NCBI RefSeq assembly: GCF_003966335.1
Contig: NZ_CP034549.1
Coordinates: 810,001 to 842,000, forward strand
DNA: 32,000 nucleotides
Source: Nonlabens ponticola
GTDB taxonomy: Bacteria > Bacteroidota > Bacteroidia > Flavobacteriales > Flavobacteriaceae
Direction: 5' to 3'
Position numbers and translations under genes: made by a program. The notes below the pieces were generated by a model. It was not told the origin of the DNA. It searched no databases and saw only the letters and a list, made by a program, of their open reading frames with translations. Positions 1-7,983 of the stretch are shown in pieces. Position 1 is the first letter of the stretch. Each line of letters begins with the position of its first letter.

Positions 1-2
1 CC

Positions 3-95
3 ATTGAAAAACCAGAATGGCTAGGTGATGAGGTGACTGGTGATGTGAGGTATTACAATTCTTATTTGGTAAACATGCCTTATAAGTCTTGGTAA
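3..95 (+). CDS. 3' end of an unidentified CDS truncated by the window edge
   Basis: Frame 3 is open from the window edge to TAA at 93-95 (IEKPEWLGDEVTGDVRYYNSYLVNMPYKSW*). Only 30 codons are visible and no family is recognised. Confidence 0.3.
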   Translation: MEKPEWLGDEVTGDVRYYNSYLVNMPYKSW

Positions 96-112
96 GGATC
101 TACTGTAGATCT

Positions 113-901
113 CTATCTGCAATAATTATCGCTGTAGAGCGAAACCACCTTTTTACCAACGCCTATCTCGTCCGCAAAATGTGGTAAGTCCAATCCTCGT
201 TCTATCGCTACTGTCGTATAATATTCTTCACGCGGCAAATGATCTACGGTAATGACGTGATAGTAATCTAGCTTTTTATTGAGTTCAAGCAATAGCAGTA
301 CTTTTTCTATCAAGATGGATTGCTCAGTCAGATTTACGGGTGCTTGTGGATTTTCTAAGTCTTTTTTACCAGCGAGATACTTTATAGGATGGCGTTCATC
401 TCCTATCAATCCACCGGCGCGGATGATGGTAGTATTTGCAAAAGCCATCAATATAACCTGCTCACCAGCGATGATCTTGCGATCCTTTGGGCTGCTGGCA
501 TTAGGTGTTGAATTCTCATTATACAAGGGCAAATGAACCATATCTTCAAAAACCGAGGTAGTTGAGATAAAAATCAATCTCTTGATCTGTTCAAATAGAT
601 TGATGTTTCTAACCAGTAATTGCAATCTTCCAGCATAGTCGCTTTCAGGATTTGATCGCAAGCCTGGCGGAATATTTACGATCAACGCATCCAGATCCTG
701 CAGGAATTCATCGATACCACCATCAATCGTGGTCTCTTTCAATTCTACCATATAAGGATCAATACCTAGATCACGCAGTTCTTGCAGCTTTTCTAGTCTG
801 GTTGTGCTGCCTTTTACACGATGTCCTTTTTCAATTAATGCAGTTGCTAGTGGCGTTCCCAACCAGCCGCACCCTAAAATGCCTATAGTTTTATTGCTCA
901 T
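113..901 (-). CDS. NAD(P)-binding Rossmann-fold protein (SDR/epimerase-like)
   Basis: ORF 113..952. I prefer the internal ATG at 901, giving MSNKTIGILGCGWLGTPLATAL with an N-terminal GxGxxG dinucleotide-binding motif. This start overlaps the stop (891-893) of the upstream M28 gene by 11 nt, suggesting co-transcription. Confidence 0.75.
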   Translation of the reverse strand: MSNKTIGILGCGWLGTPLATALIEKGHRVKGSTTRLEKLQELRDLGIDPYMVELKETTIDGGIDEFLQDLDALIVNIPPGLRSNPESDYAGRLQLLVRNINLFEQIKRLIFISTTSVFEDMVHLPLYNENSTPNASSPKDRKIIAGEQVILMAFANTTIIRAGGLIGDERHPIKYLAGKKDLENPQAPVNLTEQSILIEKVLLLLELNKKLDYYHVITVDHLPREEYYTTVAIERGLDLPHFADEIGVGKKVVSLYSDNYCR

Positions 902-3251
902 CGCGTGCCGTTTCAATTCGTTTCTTGACCACAATGGCGTCATTAAGAACAAAAGGTGCTGGAATCTCGCCTTCAGGTCTTGGATCGACGGCTAATTCTT
1001 GCGATTGCAGCAGGTCAAAACTTGCTGCATAGACTTCAAATACTGGATCTTCATCCTTTTCAAAAGTAAGTTCCATCACTAATGGTGAACCGTTAGATAC
1101 GTAGTAGGAAATCAATCGGTTACCGCGTCTGCGAGCAAATGGCTTACCGGCATCGTTTACGGGTGCGTTGACACCATTAATTTTGGCTGCATTAAATTGG
1201 AATCGCTTGTCTGCAAAAACTTCCCATCGATCAACGCGATCCTTACTATTCACCACAAGTTTGATTTGTCGTTGATCGCCTATGATGGTATCTACGGTGA
1301 TTTTGGAATTGATCGTTTTTAACGATCTGTACTCTGCTGGCGTTGTATGGCTATATCTACTGGCATATTTTGAATCGATGGTGTTGCCGTCATCTTTGCC
1401 ATCATTTTTTTCAGGATCAATTTTTTCCAGCGTCCAGTCGCTCAAATTGTGGTCATAGGTTGCCCATTGTGCTGTGTTATCATCTGCATTTGCTAGGTAG
1501 ATCAAGCTTGTTTTTTGTGGCTGTGTTGGTGAGAATTCCGCTTTCGCGAAAGCATAACCAGCAAAAGCAAATCCTACAAACAAGGAGATCAAACCTAATA
1601 TGTGCTTCTTGCGATAGTGGCCCAAAACAGGCACCAGCAATCCAAAAATGAGTACGCTGAGCACGGCTGCCACAAAGAGAATCTTCATGCCCAGCGCCAC
1701 GGGAAATCCCTTGATGAATGGAGTGAAAACAAATATCACTGGAGTAGTAAAAATCAAAAGCAACAAATAATTGGGCCTCTTTTTATAGATGTTGAGCCAT
1801 AGCATGATCAATCCAGCAAACAGCGGCACGATGAAAAAGCCTGCACCAGGCAAGTAAGCCGCTGGAATCAAACCGCTCTCACTAACGGGAAACGCTACAA
1901 TAAAACAGATGATCCATAGAAAAACGAGTGGTGCTACACTGTGGCTCGCCACTCGATCCTTATGATAAAACGCATGGTATATAAAGAATGTGATGGCAGT
2001 ACCAATCAATGCCGCCGACGCGATCCAGGCATATCCATTATAGGGAAAAATAGCCGCTTGATCGATGTAGAAATCTGCTGTGGAGATGGCCTGCCAGCCG
2101 TAGTTGACTATTAAATAGCCCAAGATCAGACTACCTAAAAATGGTACAAATCCTACCAATAAATCCTTGAAGCGTAAACGGTTTTTTCTAACACCATAAA
2201 AAATGAGAAAGATCAGAAGTATGCCAGAAACAATAATCAAAATGGGCATCCATGAAAACGGAAAGCTCACCATGTCAATTATAGGTAAAGGGAAATAAAT
2301 ATCATCTGTTCCTGCGGTAGTTTTGAGACCATCGCTTAAATCTGATTTTGCAAAATAGCTAAGCAGCGCCATCAAATAACTGCCTTGATGCGCTAGCGTA
2401 TTGCGATCCAGACGCTCATAACTATCAAGCTGTGAGTGGTAGTCAAAATGGTCACCTATAAAAGCAAAATTGAGTCCGTTGATATCACCTTTCTCACGCA
2501 TCACGGTAAGGTCTGTGTCGTTAGGTAATTTTTTGTAGATGCTGTACGCAAGTGAATTAGCCACTGGATAATTAGTTCCTGCTTCTTTAAAGGCATTGAT
2601 GATCTCCCGATTTCCACCATTCGTTTCCACGAGCATATAGCTAGGGCCGCCGCTACCGCGCGCCTCAAAATTCAAGATCATTTTTGCATCCTTCGCCCAG
2701 CGATGCTTGGTAACAAAAAGATCGGCTCCATTAAGTCCTAGCTCTTCACCATCGGTAATCAGGATGATGATGTCATTTTCTGGCTTGTTGTCGGTGAGAT
2801 ATGCTCTAATTCCCTCGATGATCGTGGCGATGCCTGATGCGGCATCACTTGCGCCCAGACTCGAGTGTGGATCGCTATCATAATGACACATGAGTACGAG
2901 AGCTTCATTGTTGTTTGCGGTTCCTTCTATACGTGCCAGGATATTTACTGGCCTAGATAGATTGCCGTATTTATCAAGGGTAAATCCAGATTGGGTTTCG
3001 GTTTTTAAACCTAGCTTTTCTAACTGCCTGATGATGTAGGTGCGGTTTTTCTCATGTGCTTTACTGCCTAGATAATGAGGTTCTTGTGATAGCTTTTTTA
3101 CATGTACCAACGCTCTTTTAGTTGACCATTCTTTCAGATCCTTTTCTTTTTCCAGTTCACCGCTAGGCGTCTGGCTTGAGAAAGCATACCAGACCATCGC
3201 AATAAGAACAAGAAATGATAAAGCTGAGGTAAAATGTGATTTAGGTCTCAT
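891..3251 (-). CDS. M28 family metallopeptidase with polytopic membrane domain (ERMP1/FXNA-like architecture)
   Basis: 786-aa ORF. It has an N-terminal TM helix and M28 motifs (MCHYDSDPHS..GASDAASG, ILITDGEELGLNGADLF). These are followed by about 9 hydrophobic helices and a C-terminal soluble domain of about 200 aa. Confidence 0.85.
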   Translation of the reverse strand: MRPKSHFTSALSFLVLIAMVWYAFSSQTPSGELEKEKDLKEWSTKRALVHVKKLSQEPHYLGSKAHEKNRTYIIRQLEKLGLKTETQSGFTLDKYGNLSRPVNILARIEGTANNNEALVLMCHYDSDPHSSLGASDAASGIATIIEGIRAYLTDNKPENDIIILITDGEELGLNGADLFVTKHRWAKDAKMILNFEARGSGGPSYMLVETNGGNREIINAFKEAGTNYPVANSLAYSIYKKLPNDTDLTVMREKGDINGLNFAFIGDHFDYHSQLDSYERLDRNTLAHQGSYLMALLSYFAKSDLSDGLKTTAGTDDIYFPLPIIDMVSFPFSWMPILIIVSGILLIFLIFYGVRKNRLRFKDLLVGFVPFLGSLILGYLIVNYGWQAISTADFYIDQAAIFPYNGYAWIASAALIGTAITFFIYHAFYHKDRVASHSVAPLVFLWIICFIVAFPVSESGLIPAAYLPGAGFFIVPLFAGLIMLWLNIYKKRPNYLLLLIFTTPVIFVFTPFIKGFPVALGMKILFVAAVLSVLIFGLLVPVLGHYRKKHILGLISLFVGFAFAGYAFAKAEFSPTQPQKTSLIYLANADDNTAQWATYDHNLSDWTLEKIDPEKNDGKDDGNTIDSKYASRYSHTTPAEYRSLKTINSKITVDTIIGDQRQIKLVVNSKDRVDRWEVFADKRFQFNAAKINGVNAPVNDAGKPFARRRGNRLISYYVSNGSPLVMELTFEKDEDPVFEVYAASFDLLQSQELAVDPRPEGEIPAPFVLNDAIVVKKRIETARDEQ
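1540..1553. repeat. GCTTTCGCGAAAGC palindrome copy 1 (inside M28 peptidase CDS)
   Basis: Exact 14-mer, read on the minus strand as A-F-A-K-A (GYAFAKAEF). Confidence 0.95.
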
Positions 3252-3264
3252 AAAATGGGTTGGT

Positions 3265-3621
3265 TTAGGTATCTCTCTTTACGATAAGGAATTTATCATC
3301 GTCCATAGCGAGATAGCCTTGATCATAAATGAAGTAATAGACAGCGCCTTTTTTGGTTGTATAAATACTGGTAAAGAAATTAAAGTCAAATCCTTTACTA
3401 AGTAGCTTGTTGCGCGTGGTCGTCGTTTTTCCCGATGGATTAATACTTTGCAATGCACGCCAGTTTTTACGCAACCTATTATTGATATTACGCATCAGTG
3501 CGCTGCTATCGCGATTGAGTTTGTTGTTTGCGACATTGCGGCAGTAATCACCGCAAAATCGCTTGTCTGCTCGACCTCTTACTTCGTCACCACATTCTGG
3601 ACACAGGCGCTTGTCTGCCAT
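3265..3621 (-). CDS. small zinc-ribbon-like hypothetical protein
   Basis: 118-aa ORF with an N-terminal CxxC-x12-CxxxC motif (CPECGDEVRGRADKRFCGDYC) followed by a basic segment. It lies 13 nt upstream of the M28 gene on the same strand. No family is recognised. Confidence 0.6.
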   Translation of the reverse strand: MADKRLCPECGDEVRGRADKRFCGDYCRNVANNKLNRDSSALMRNINNRLRKNWRALQSINPSGKTTTTRNKLLSKGFDFNFFTSIYTTKKGAVYYFIYDQGYLAMDDDKFLIVKRDT

Positions 3622-3934
3622 GAGAGTAGGCTTTGGGATAAAGGTAGTTAACTATTTACAAATGGATAATGAGTATTAAGTATTCAGTACTAAATATTAA
3701 TATGATGTAAGTAGAGGCAATAAGTTTTAGACAGAATTTACAAATCCATACAATTCCAAGGACAAAGTAATAGAAATCAGGTATCCATTATACTTAAATC
3801 TAAATCTAAACTGAGACTGAACACTGCGATTGAAAACTGCGACTATCACCACAACCAACAACCGCAAAAAAACAGGTAATGAACCAGCAACACTACCGAC
3901 TACAAAACCATTATTTTTACATAAACGCCACTCA

Positions 3935-4975
3935 ATGAAAAAAGGAGTACTTCTCGTTAATTTAGGATCGCCAGACACGCCTAATCCTAAGGATGTTAAA
4001 CGCTATCTGGATGAGTTTTTAATGGATGAACGCGTGATTGATTTGCCTTATGTTTTACGAGCAATTTTGGTTAAAGGCATTGTTCTCAACACAAGACCTA
4101 AAAAAAGTGCAGAGGCCTATTCAAAAATCTGGTGGGAAGAAGGAAGCCCGCTAATCGTACTTTCTGAAAGATTACAGGAGAAAATAGATCAGTTTACCAG
4201 CGTGCCCATAGCGCTAGCGATGAGATACGGCAGCATGTCTATTGAGAATGGATTGAAGGAATTAGACGAACAAGGTGTTGATGAGGTATTGTTGATACCG
4301 CTATATCCTCAATTTGCCATGGCTACGACTGAAACAATTGTAGTACTCGCAGAGGAGTTGCGCAAGTCTATGTTCCCGCATATGTCATTTACCCAAATGC
4401 CACCTTTTTATAATCACCCAGATTATATACGTGTGCTATCAGAGTCGATTAAAGAATCGCTGGAAGGCAAGGATTATGAACACCTGTTGTTTTCTTATCA
4501 CGGTGTACCCAAAAGACACATACGCAAAAGCGACATCACAAACGGCCATTGTAAGATGAACGGCATATGCTGTGAGACACCATCGCCAGCGCATCAATTT
4601 TGCTATAGTCATCAATGTAAAGAAGTCACCAGACTTGTGGGCGAATATCTAGAAATGGAAGATGGTACCTATTCTACCACGTTCCAATCAAGACTAGGGT
4701 TTGACCCATGGTTGACGCCATATACAGATCGTACTATCGAGCGTATGGGATTGGGTGGCACTAAAAAATTAGCAATCGCCACACCAGCCTTTGTCAGTGA
4801 TTGTCTGGAAACGCTGGAAGAAATCGCAATGGAAGGTGAAGAAATCTTCCATGAAGTAGGCGGCAAGGAATTTCACGTTATACCATGTTTGAATACGCGT
4901 GAGGATTGGGTCAAAGTCTTGAGTCGCTGGATCGATGAATGGGCACTCGCGACGCCAGTTGCGGTAGAAGCATGA
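3935..4975 (+). CDS. hemH: ferrochelatase
   Basis: The ORF opens at TTG 3830, but ferrochelatase-type sequence starts at ATG 3935 (MKKGVLLVNLGSPDTPNPKDVKRYLDEFLMDERVID). Also present are LIPLYPQFAMATTE, SYHGVPKRH and TPAFVSDCLETLEEI blocks. The upstream 35 codons are low-complexity T/N/K-rich. Confidence 0.9.
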   Translation: MKKGVLLVNLGSPDTPNPKDVKRYLDEFLMDERVIDLPYVLRAILVKGIVLNTRPKKSAEAYSKIWWEEGSPLIVLSERLQEKIDQFTSVPIALAMRYGSMSIENGLKELDEQGVDEVLLIPLYPQFAMATTETIVVLAEELRKSMFPHMSFTQMPPFYNHPDYIRVLSESIKESLEGKDYEHLLFSYHGVPKRHIRKSDITNGHCKMNGICCETPSPAHQFCYSHQCKEVTRLVGEYLEMEDGTYSTTFQSRLGFDPWLTPYTDRTIERMGLGGTKKLAIATPAFVSDCLETLEEIAMEGEEIFHEVGGKEFHVIPCLNTREDWVKVLSRWIDEWALATPVAVEA

Positions 4976-5092
4976 CCATCTCAATTGATTTGAATTCCTA
5001 ATCACAAGCATATCGCAAAGCCTATCACCAACAATAGTAAAAGCACCTTATTAGGAACTAGGAGCATACCGCGACTGCTGGTTCAGCAAGCC

Positions 5093-6379
5093 TTGCCGGC
5101 ATCCATAGGTATTCTTGTGATGTCGCTCAATATACTGGTGGATACCATATTTGTTGGTAATTGGATAGGCTCTATTGCTATTGCGGCTATAAACGTGGTA
5201 TTGCCTATTTCGTTTTTTATTGCTGCCTTAGGTATGGCCATAGGTATCGGTGGTGCTAGTATCATCTCTAGAGCGTTAGGCGCTAACGATACCGCTCGAG
5301 CTAAAAGAACCTTTGGAAACCAAATAAGTCTCACCTTAATCATCACTGTGCTGTGTGTAATCGTGGGTCTTACTTTTTTGCAGGATCTTGTTCCGCTTTT
5401 TGGTGGTAAAGGCGCGATCTATGAGCCAGCATCAATTTATTACCGTATAGTTTTATATGGTGCTCCCATACTAGCGCTATGTATGATGGGAAACAACGTC
5501 ATACGAGCAGAAGGCGCGCCTAAACACGCCATGATCGCCATGCTTATTCCTAGTATAGGTAATTTGTTGCTTGATTATATCCTGATCAATCAATTAGAAA
5601 TGGGAATGACTGGTGCCGCGTGGGCAACCACAGCCAGCTATTGCTGTTGTTTTCTATATATCGCATGGTTTTTTCTATCAGGTCGCAGTGAGCTGATGCC
5701 ATCCATCAGGCAGTTACTACCTGACTGGAACATTCTCAAGGAAATGGGTGGTTTGGGATTTGTCACTTTGGGTAGACAGGCTACAACAAGTGTGCTCTAT
5801 TTGATTCTCAATAATATCTTGCTGGATCTAGGTGGTGAGGATAGCGTATCCGTTTTTGGTATCATAGGTCGCATGATGATGTTTGCCTTGTTCCCAGTTC
5901 TAGGCGTCACGCAAGGATTTTTACCTATTGCTGGTTACAATTATGGATCAGGACAGCATGATCGCGTGCGCGAGGTAATCTACACATCCATCAAGTATGC
6001 TTGCGGTCTAGGCGTGTTGATTTTGGTAGGCTTGTTAGCTTTTAGCCGTAATATCGCAGCGATTTTTACTGATAATACAGCGGTAGTTGATCAGGCGACG
6101 GCAGCGCTCAACATAGTATTTCTAGCGGTGCCCATTATCGCTGTGCAACTTATAGGTGCGGCTTATTATCAAGCCATAGGCAAGGCCTTACCAGCGTTGA
6201 TTCTCACCATCCTGCGCACAGGTATTATCTTGATACCACTATTATTAATCTTGAGCCAATTATATGGAGAGACAGGTGTGTGGATTAGTTTTCCTATAGC
6301 AGATTTCTTGAGTACGTTAATTACCGGGTACTTTTTATATCGTGCATTAAACCGTTTGAAAGATCCAGTAGTCTCATAA
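5093..6379 (+). CDS. MATE family efflux transporter (5' end uncertain)
   Basis: 12-TM-type hydrophobic ORF with a MATE-like N-terminal block (PASIGILVMSLNILVDTIFVG). The annotated start is TTG 5093. The same frame stays open upstream to the TGA stop at 4991-4993 and encodes MATE-like residues (STLLGTRSIPRLLVQQAL) without any ATG/GTG/TTG. Confidence 0.8.
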   Translation: MPASIGILVMSLNILVDTIFVGNWIGSIAIAAINVVLPISFFIAALGMAIGIGGASIISRALGANDTARAKRTFGNQISLTLIITVLCVIVGLTFLQDLVPLFGGKGAIYEPASIYYRIVLYGAPILALCMMGNNVIRAEGAPKHAMIAMLIPSIGNLLLDYILINQLEMGMTGAAWATTASYCCCFLYIAWFFLSGRSELMPSIRQLLPDWNILKEMGGLGFVTLGRQATTSVLYLILNNILLDLGGEDSVSVFGIIGRMMMFALFPVLGVTQGFLPIAGYNYGSGQHDRVREVIYTSIKYACGLGVLILVGLLAFSRNIAAIFTDNTAVVDQATAALNIVFLAVPIIAVQLIGAAYYQAIGKALPALILTILRTGIILIPLLLILSQLYGETGVWISFPIADFLSTLITGYFLYRALNRLKDPVVS

Positions 6380-6405
6380 TTTGTTAACACGTTTGATGGT
6401 ATTAC

Positions 6406-6419
6406 GCTTTCGCGAAAGC
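6406..6419. repeat. GCTTTCGCGAAAGC palindrome copy 2 (intergenic, 3' of MATE gene)
   Basis: Exact 14-mer with the left extension TTAC, 26 nt after the MATE stop. Confidence 0.95.
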
Positions 6420-6460
6420 AAAATCACCACCACCATCCAACCATAATAAGAAGCCCATCG

Positions 6461-6468
6461 TATATTTG
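6461..6468 (+). promoter_or_regulatory. candidate -7 promoter box (TAnnTTTG) for the thioesterase/paralog-1 unit
   Basis: TATATTTG lies 12 nt upstream of ATG 6481, implying a very short leader. Confidence 0.35.
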
Positions 6469-6480
6469 AGAGTATAAGAT

Positions 6481-6978
6481 ATGTATTACAAACAATTTGA
6501 TGTAAGATGGAGTGATCTGGATGCCAACAGGCATATGGCAAACAGCGCCTACCAGAATTTCATGAGTCACACAAGAATGGCTTACTTGATTGATAATGGA
6601 TTTGGTCAACGTGAGATGCAACAGTATCAAACTGGACCGGTAATCTTCAATGAAAACGTTTATTACTTCAAAGAGATACATCAAGGAAAGCCTATAACGG
6701 TAACTTGTGAATTAACAGGGCTAAGTGATGATGGTTCCCTCTTTAGTTTCAAGCATAATTTTTATGATCACCGCGGCGAGAATCTCGCTCGTGGTATCAT
6801 GACTGGTGCATGGATGAATCTTGTAGAACGTAAGATCATGGCGTTACATCCAGATTTAAAGAAGAAGATTAACGATATGGTAAGGTCACAGGATTTTACC
6901 GAACTAAGTTTTAAGGCCACGAGATCACACGGTCAAAAACCGGTTGCCGTAAATATGGATAATTTGATTACCCGATGA
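6481..6978 (+). CDS. acyl-CoA thioesterase (4HBT/YbgC-like hotdog fold)
   Basis: 165-aa ORF. The N-terminal VRWSDLDANRHMANSAYQNFMSHTRMAYL matches the hotdog thioesterase signature (Asp/His-containing DxDxxxHxxN block). Its stop overlaps the next start (ATGA at 6975-6978). Confidence 0.75.
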   Translation: MYYKQFDVRWSDLDANRHMANSAYQNFMSHTRMAYLIDNGFGQREMQQYQTGPVIFNENVYYFKEIHQGKPITVTCELTGLSDDGSLFSFKHNFYDHRGENLARGIMTGAWMNLVERKIMALHPDLKKKINDMVRSQDFTELSFKATRSHGQKPVAVNMDNLITR

Positions 6979-7424
6979 TCAGCGTTTCAGAAAGTGTTTT
7001 TAAAGACGATATCCTAGAGGTGCTAACCTTTCCATTTGGTAAATTTTACCTATTTAGAAACTTCATAGTTTCAGAAGTTAATGAGGACGTCGTTTTTAGC
7101 AGTAAGCAAGCACAGCTGGTATTAGATGCTTCTTTAGAATTTTATGAAAAGTTGGGTGATCTGAGCAAGAAGGTGTACATAGCTAATAGGATAAATGCTT
7201 ATTCTGTAAAGCCATTGGGCTGGCTTAAATTTACTTTTTTGACTGAAAGGCTATACGGCTATGCCGTGGTGACAAATACTTCAGGCGGTTTTACAAACGC
7301 AATTCTAGAATCAACCTTTGTGCCTGTAGAATTTAAATCTTTTACTGAGTTGGTAGACGCTATTCAATGGGTGGCGATAGTAAACGAAGCGGGTAAATTT
7401 ATCAATAATGACACAAATAATTAA
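6975..7424 (+). CDS. uncharacterised protein, paralog 1 of 3 (inferred STAS/SpoIIAA-like fold)
   Basis: 149-aa ORF. It shares with the next two ORFs the blocks GxFYhF..hVSEh.E.V, YIxNR...YS..P..W, GhAxV, NAhLE..FVP..FK and DAh.W. Confidence 0.7.
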   Translation: MISVSESVFKDDILEVLTFPFGKFYLFRNFIVSEVNEDVVFSSKQAQLVLDASLEFYEKLGDLSKKVYIANRINAYSVKPLGWLKFTFLTERLYGYAVVTNTSGGFTNAILESTFVPVEFKSFTELVDAIQWVAIVNEAGKFINNDTNN

Positions 7425-7435
7425 CATATGTTAAT

Positions 7436-7443
7436 TATATTTG
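7436..7443 (+). promoter_or_regulatory. candidate -7 promoter box (TAnnTTTG) for paralog 2
   Basis: TATATTTG lies 23 nt upstream of ATG 7467 and is directly preceded by the 14-bp palindrome TTAACATATGTTAA (7421-7434). Confidence 0.35.
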
Positions 7444-7466
7444 CCACTTGAAAAAGTGAGCAACCC

Positions 7467-7901
7467 ATGATAGTACCATCCATTAAGGATTCCATTTATT
7501 ATGAAAACGTGATTCGAGAAATTACACTTGAGTGTGGTGATTTTTATTTTTTTGAATCGCATCTAGTGTCTGAAATTCATGAAGGCGTGCTCTTTGGTGG
7601 TGAAGAGGCACTCGATATTTTCAGTGAAGCGATAAGCTTTTACAACGGCACTGATCGTCCCAAACATTTTGTTTATATATCAAATCGTGTAAACGATTAC
7701 TCTCTCAGGCCCGTTGATTGGTTACAATTCAAATTCATGAATCGATTCATGAAGGGATTTGCTACTGTCGATAACCGTCCACGAGCTGCACAAAATGCCA
7801 TGCTGCTGGAAAAATTCGTTCCCAGTAAGTTTAAGTTATTTGCAAATATGTCTGATGCTATGATATGGGCCATTGATATTTATAAATCCTATCATGATTG
7901 A
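7467..7901 (+). CDS. uncharacterised protein, paralog 2 of 3 (inferred STAS/SpoIIAA-like fold)
   Basis: 144-aa ORF, collinear with paralogs 1 and 3 (GDFYFFESHLVSEIHEGV, VYISNRVNDYSLRPVDWL, NAMLLEKFVPSKFKLF, DAMIWA). It has its own TAnnTTTG box upstream. Confidence 0.7.
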   Translation: MIVPSIKDSIYYENVIREITLECGDFYFFESHLVSEIHEGVLFGGEEALDIFSEAISFYNGTDRPKHFVYISNRVNDYSLRPVDWLQFKFMNRFMKGFATVDNRPRAAQNAMLLEKFVPSKFKLFANMSDAMIWAIDIYKSYHD

Positions 7902-7983
7902 TAACAGAATAATTTCTTTTCTAAAAAGTTAAATACTAGCTAATCTATATAGACGTTTGTAAATTCAACTCCTGATCAACCCT

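Noticed and set aside
97-111. 15-bp palindrome GATCTAC-T-GTAGATC between the convergent genes ending at 95 and 113, considered as a terminator
   Set aside because: The stem is effectively 6 bp with a 3-nt loop, it is AT-rich, and it has no flanking T or A runs. That is too weak to call a terminator.
3665-3683. Fur-box-like sequence GATAATGAGTATTAAGTAT upstream of hemH
   Set aside because: Only the first 8 positions match the enterobacterial Fur consensus half (GATAATGA) and the second half does not. It lies about 270 nt from the hemH ATG, and AT-rich DNA yields such partial matches easily.
3830-3934. N-terminal extension of the hemH ORF from TTG 3830 (MKTATITTTNNRKKTGNEPATLPTTKPLFLHKRHS)
   Set aside because: The extension is low-complexity with no ferrochelatase similarity. 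The canonical ferrochelatase N-terminus begins at ATG 3935. The extension would also consume the intergenic promoter region.
3727-3978. 83-aa minus-strand ORF spanning the hemH upstream region and hemH start
   Set aside because: It overlaps the hemH start, has no recognisable motif and lies in AT-rich intergenic DNA. It is most likely spurious.
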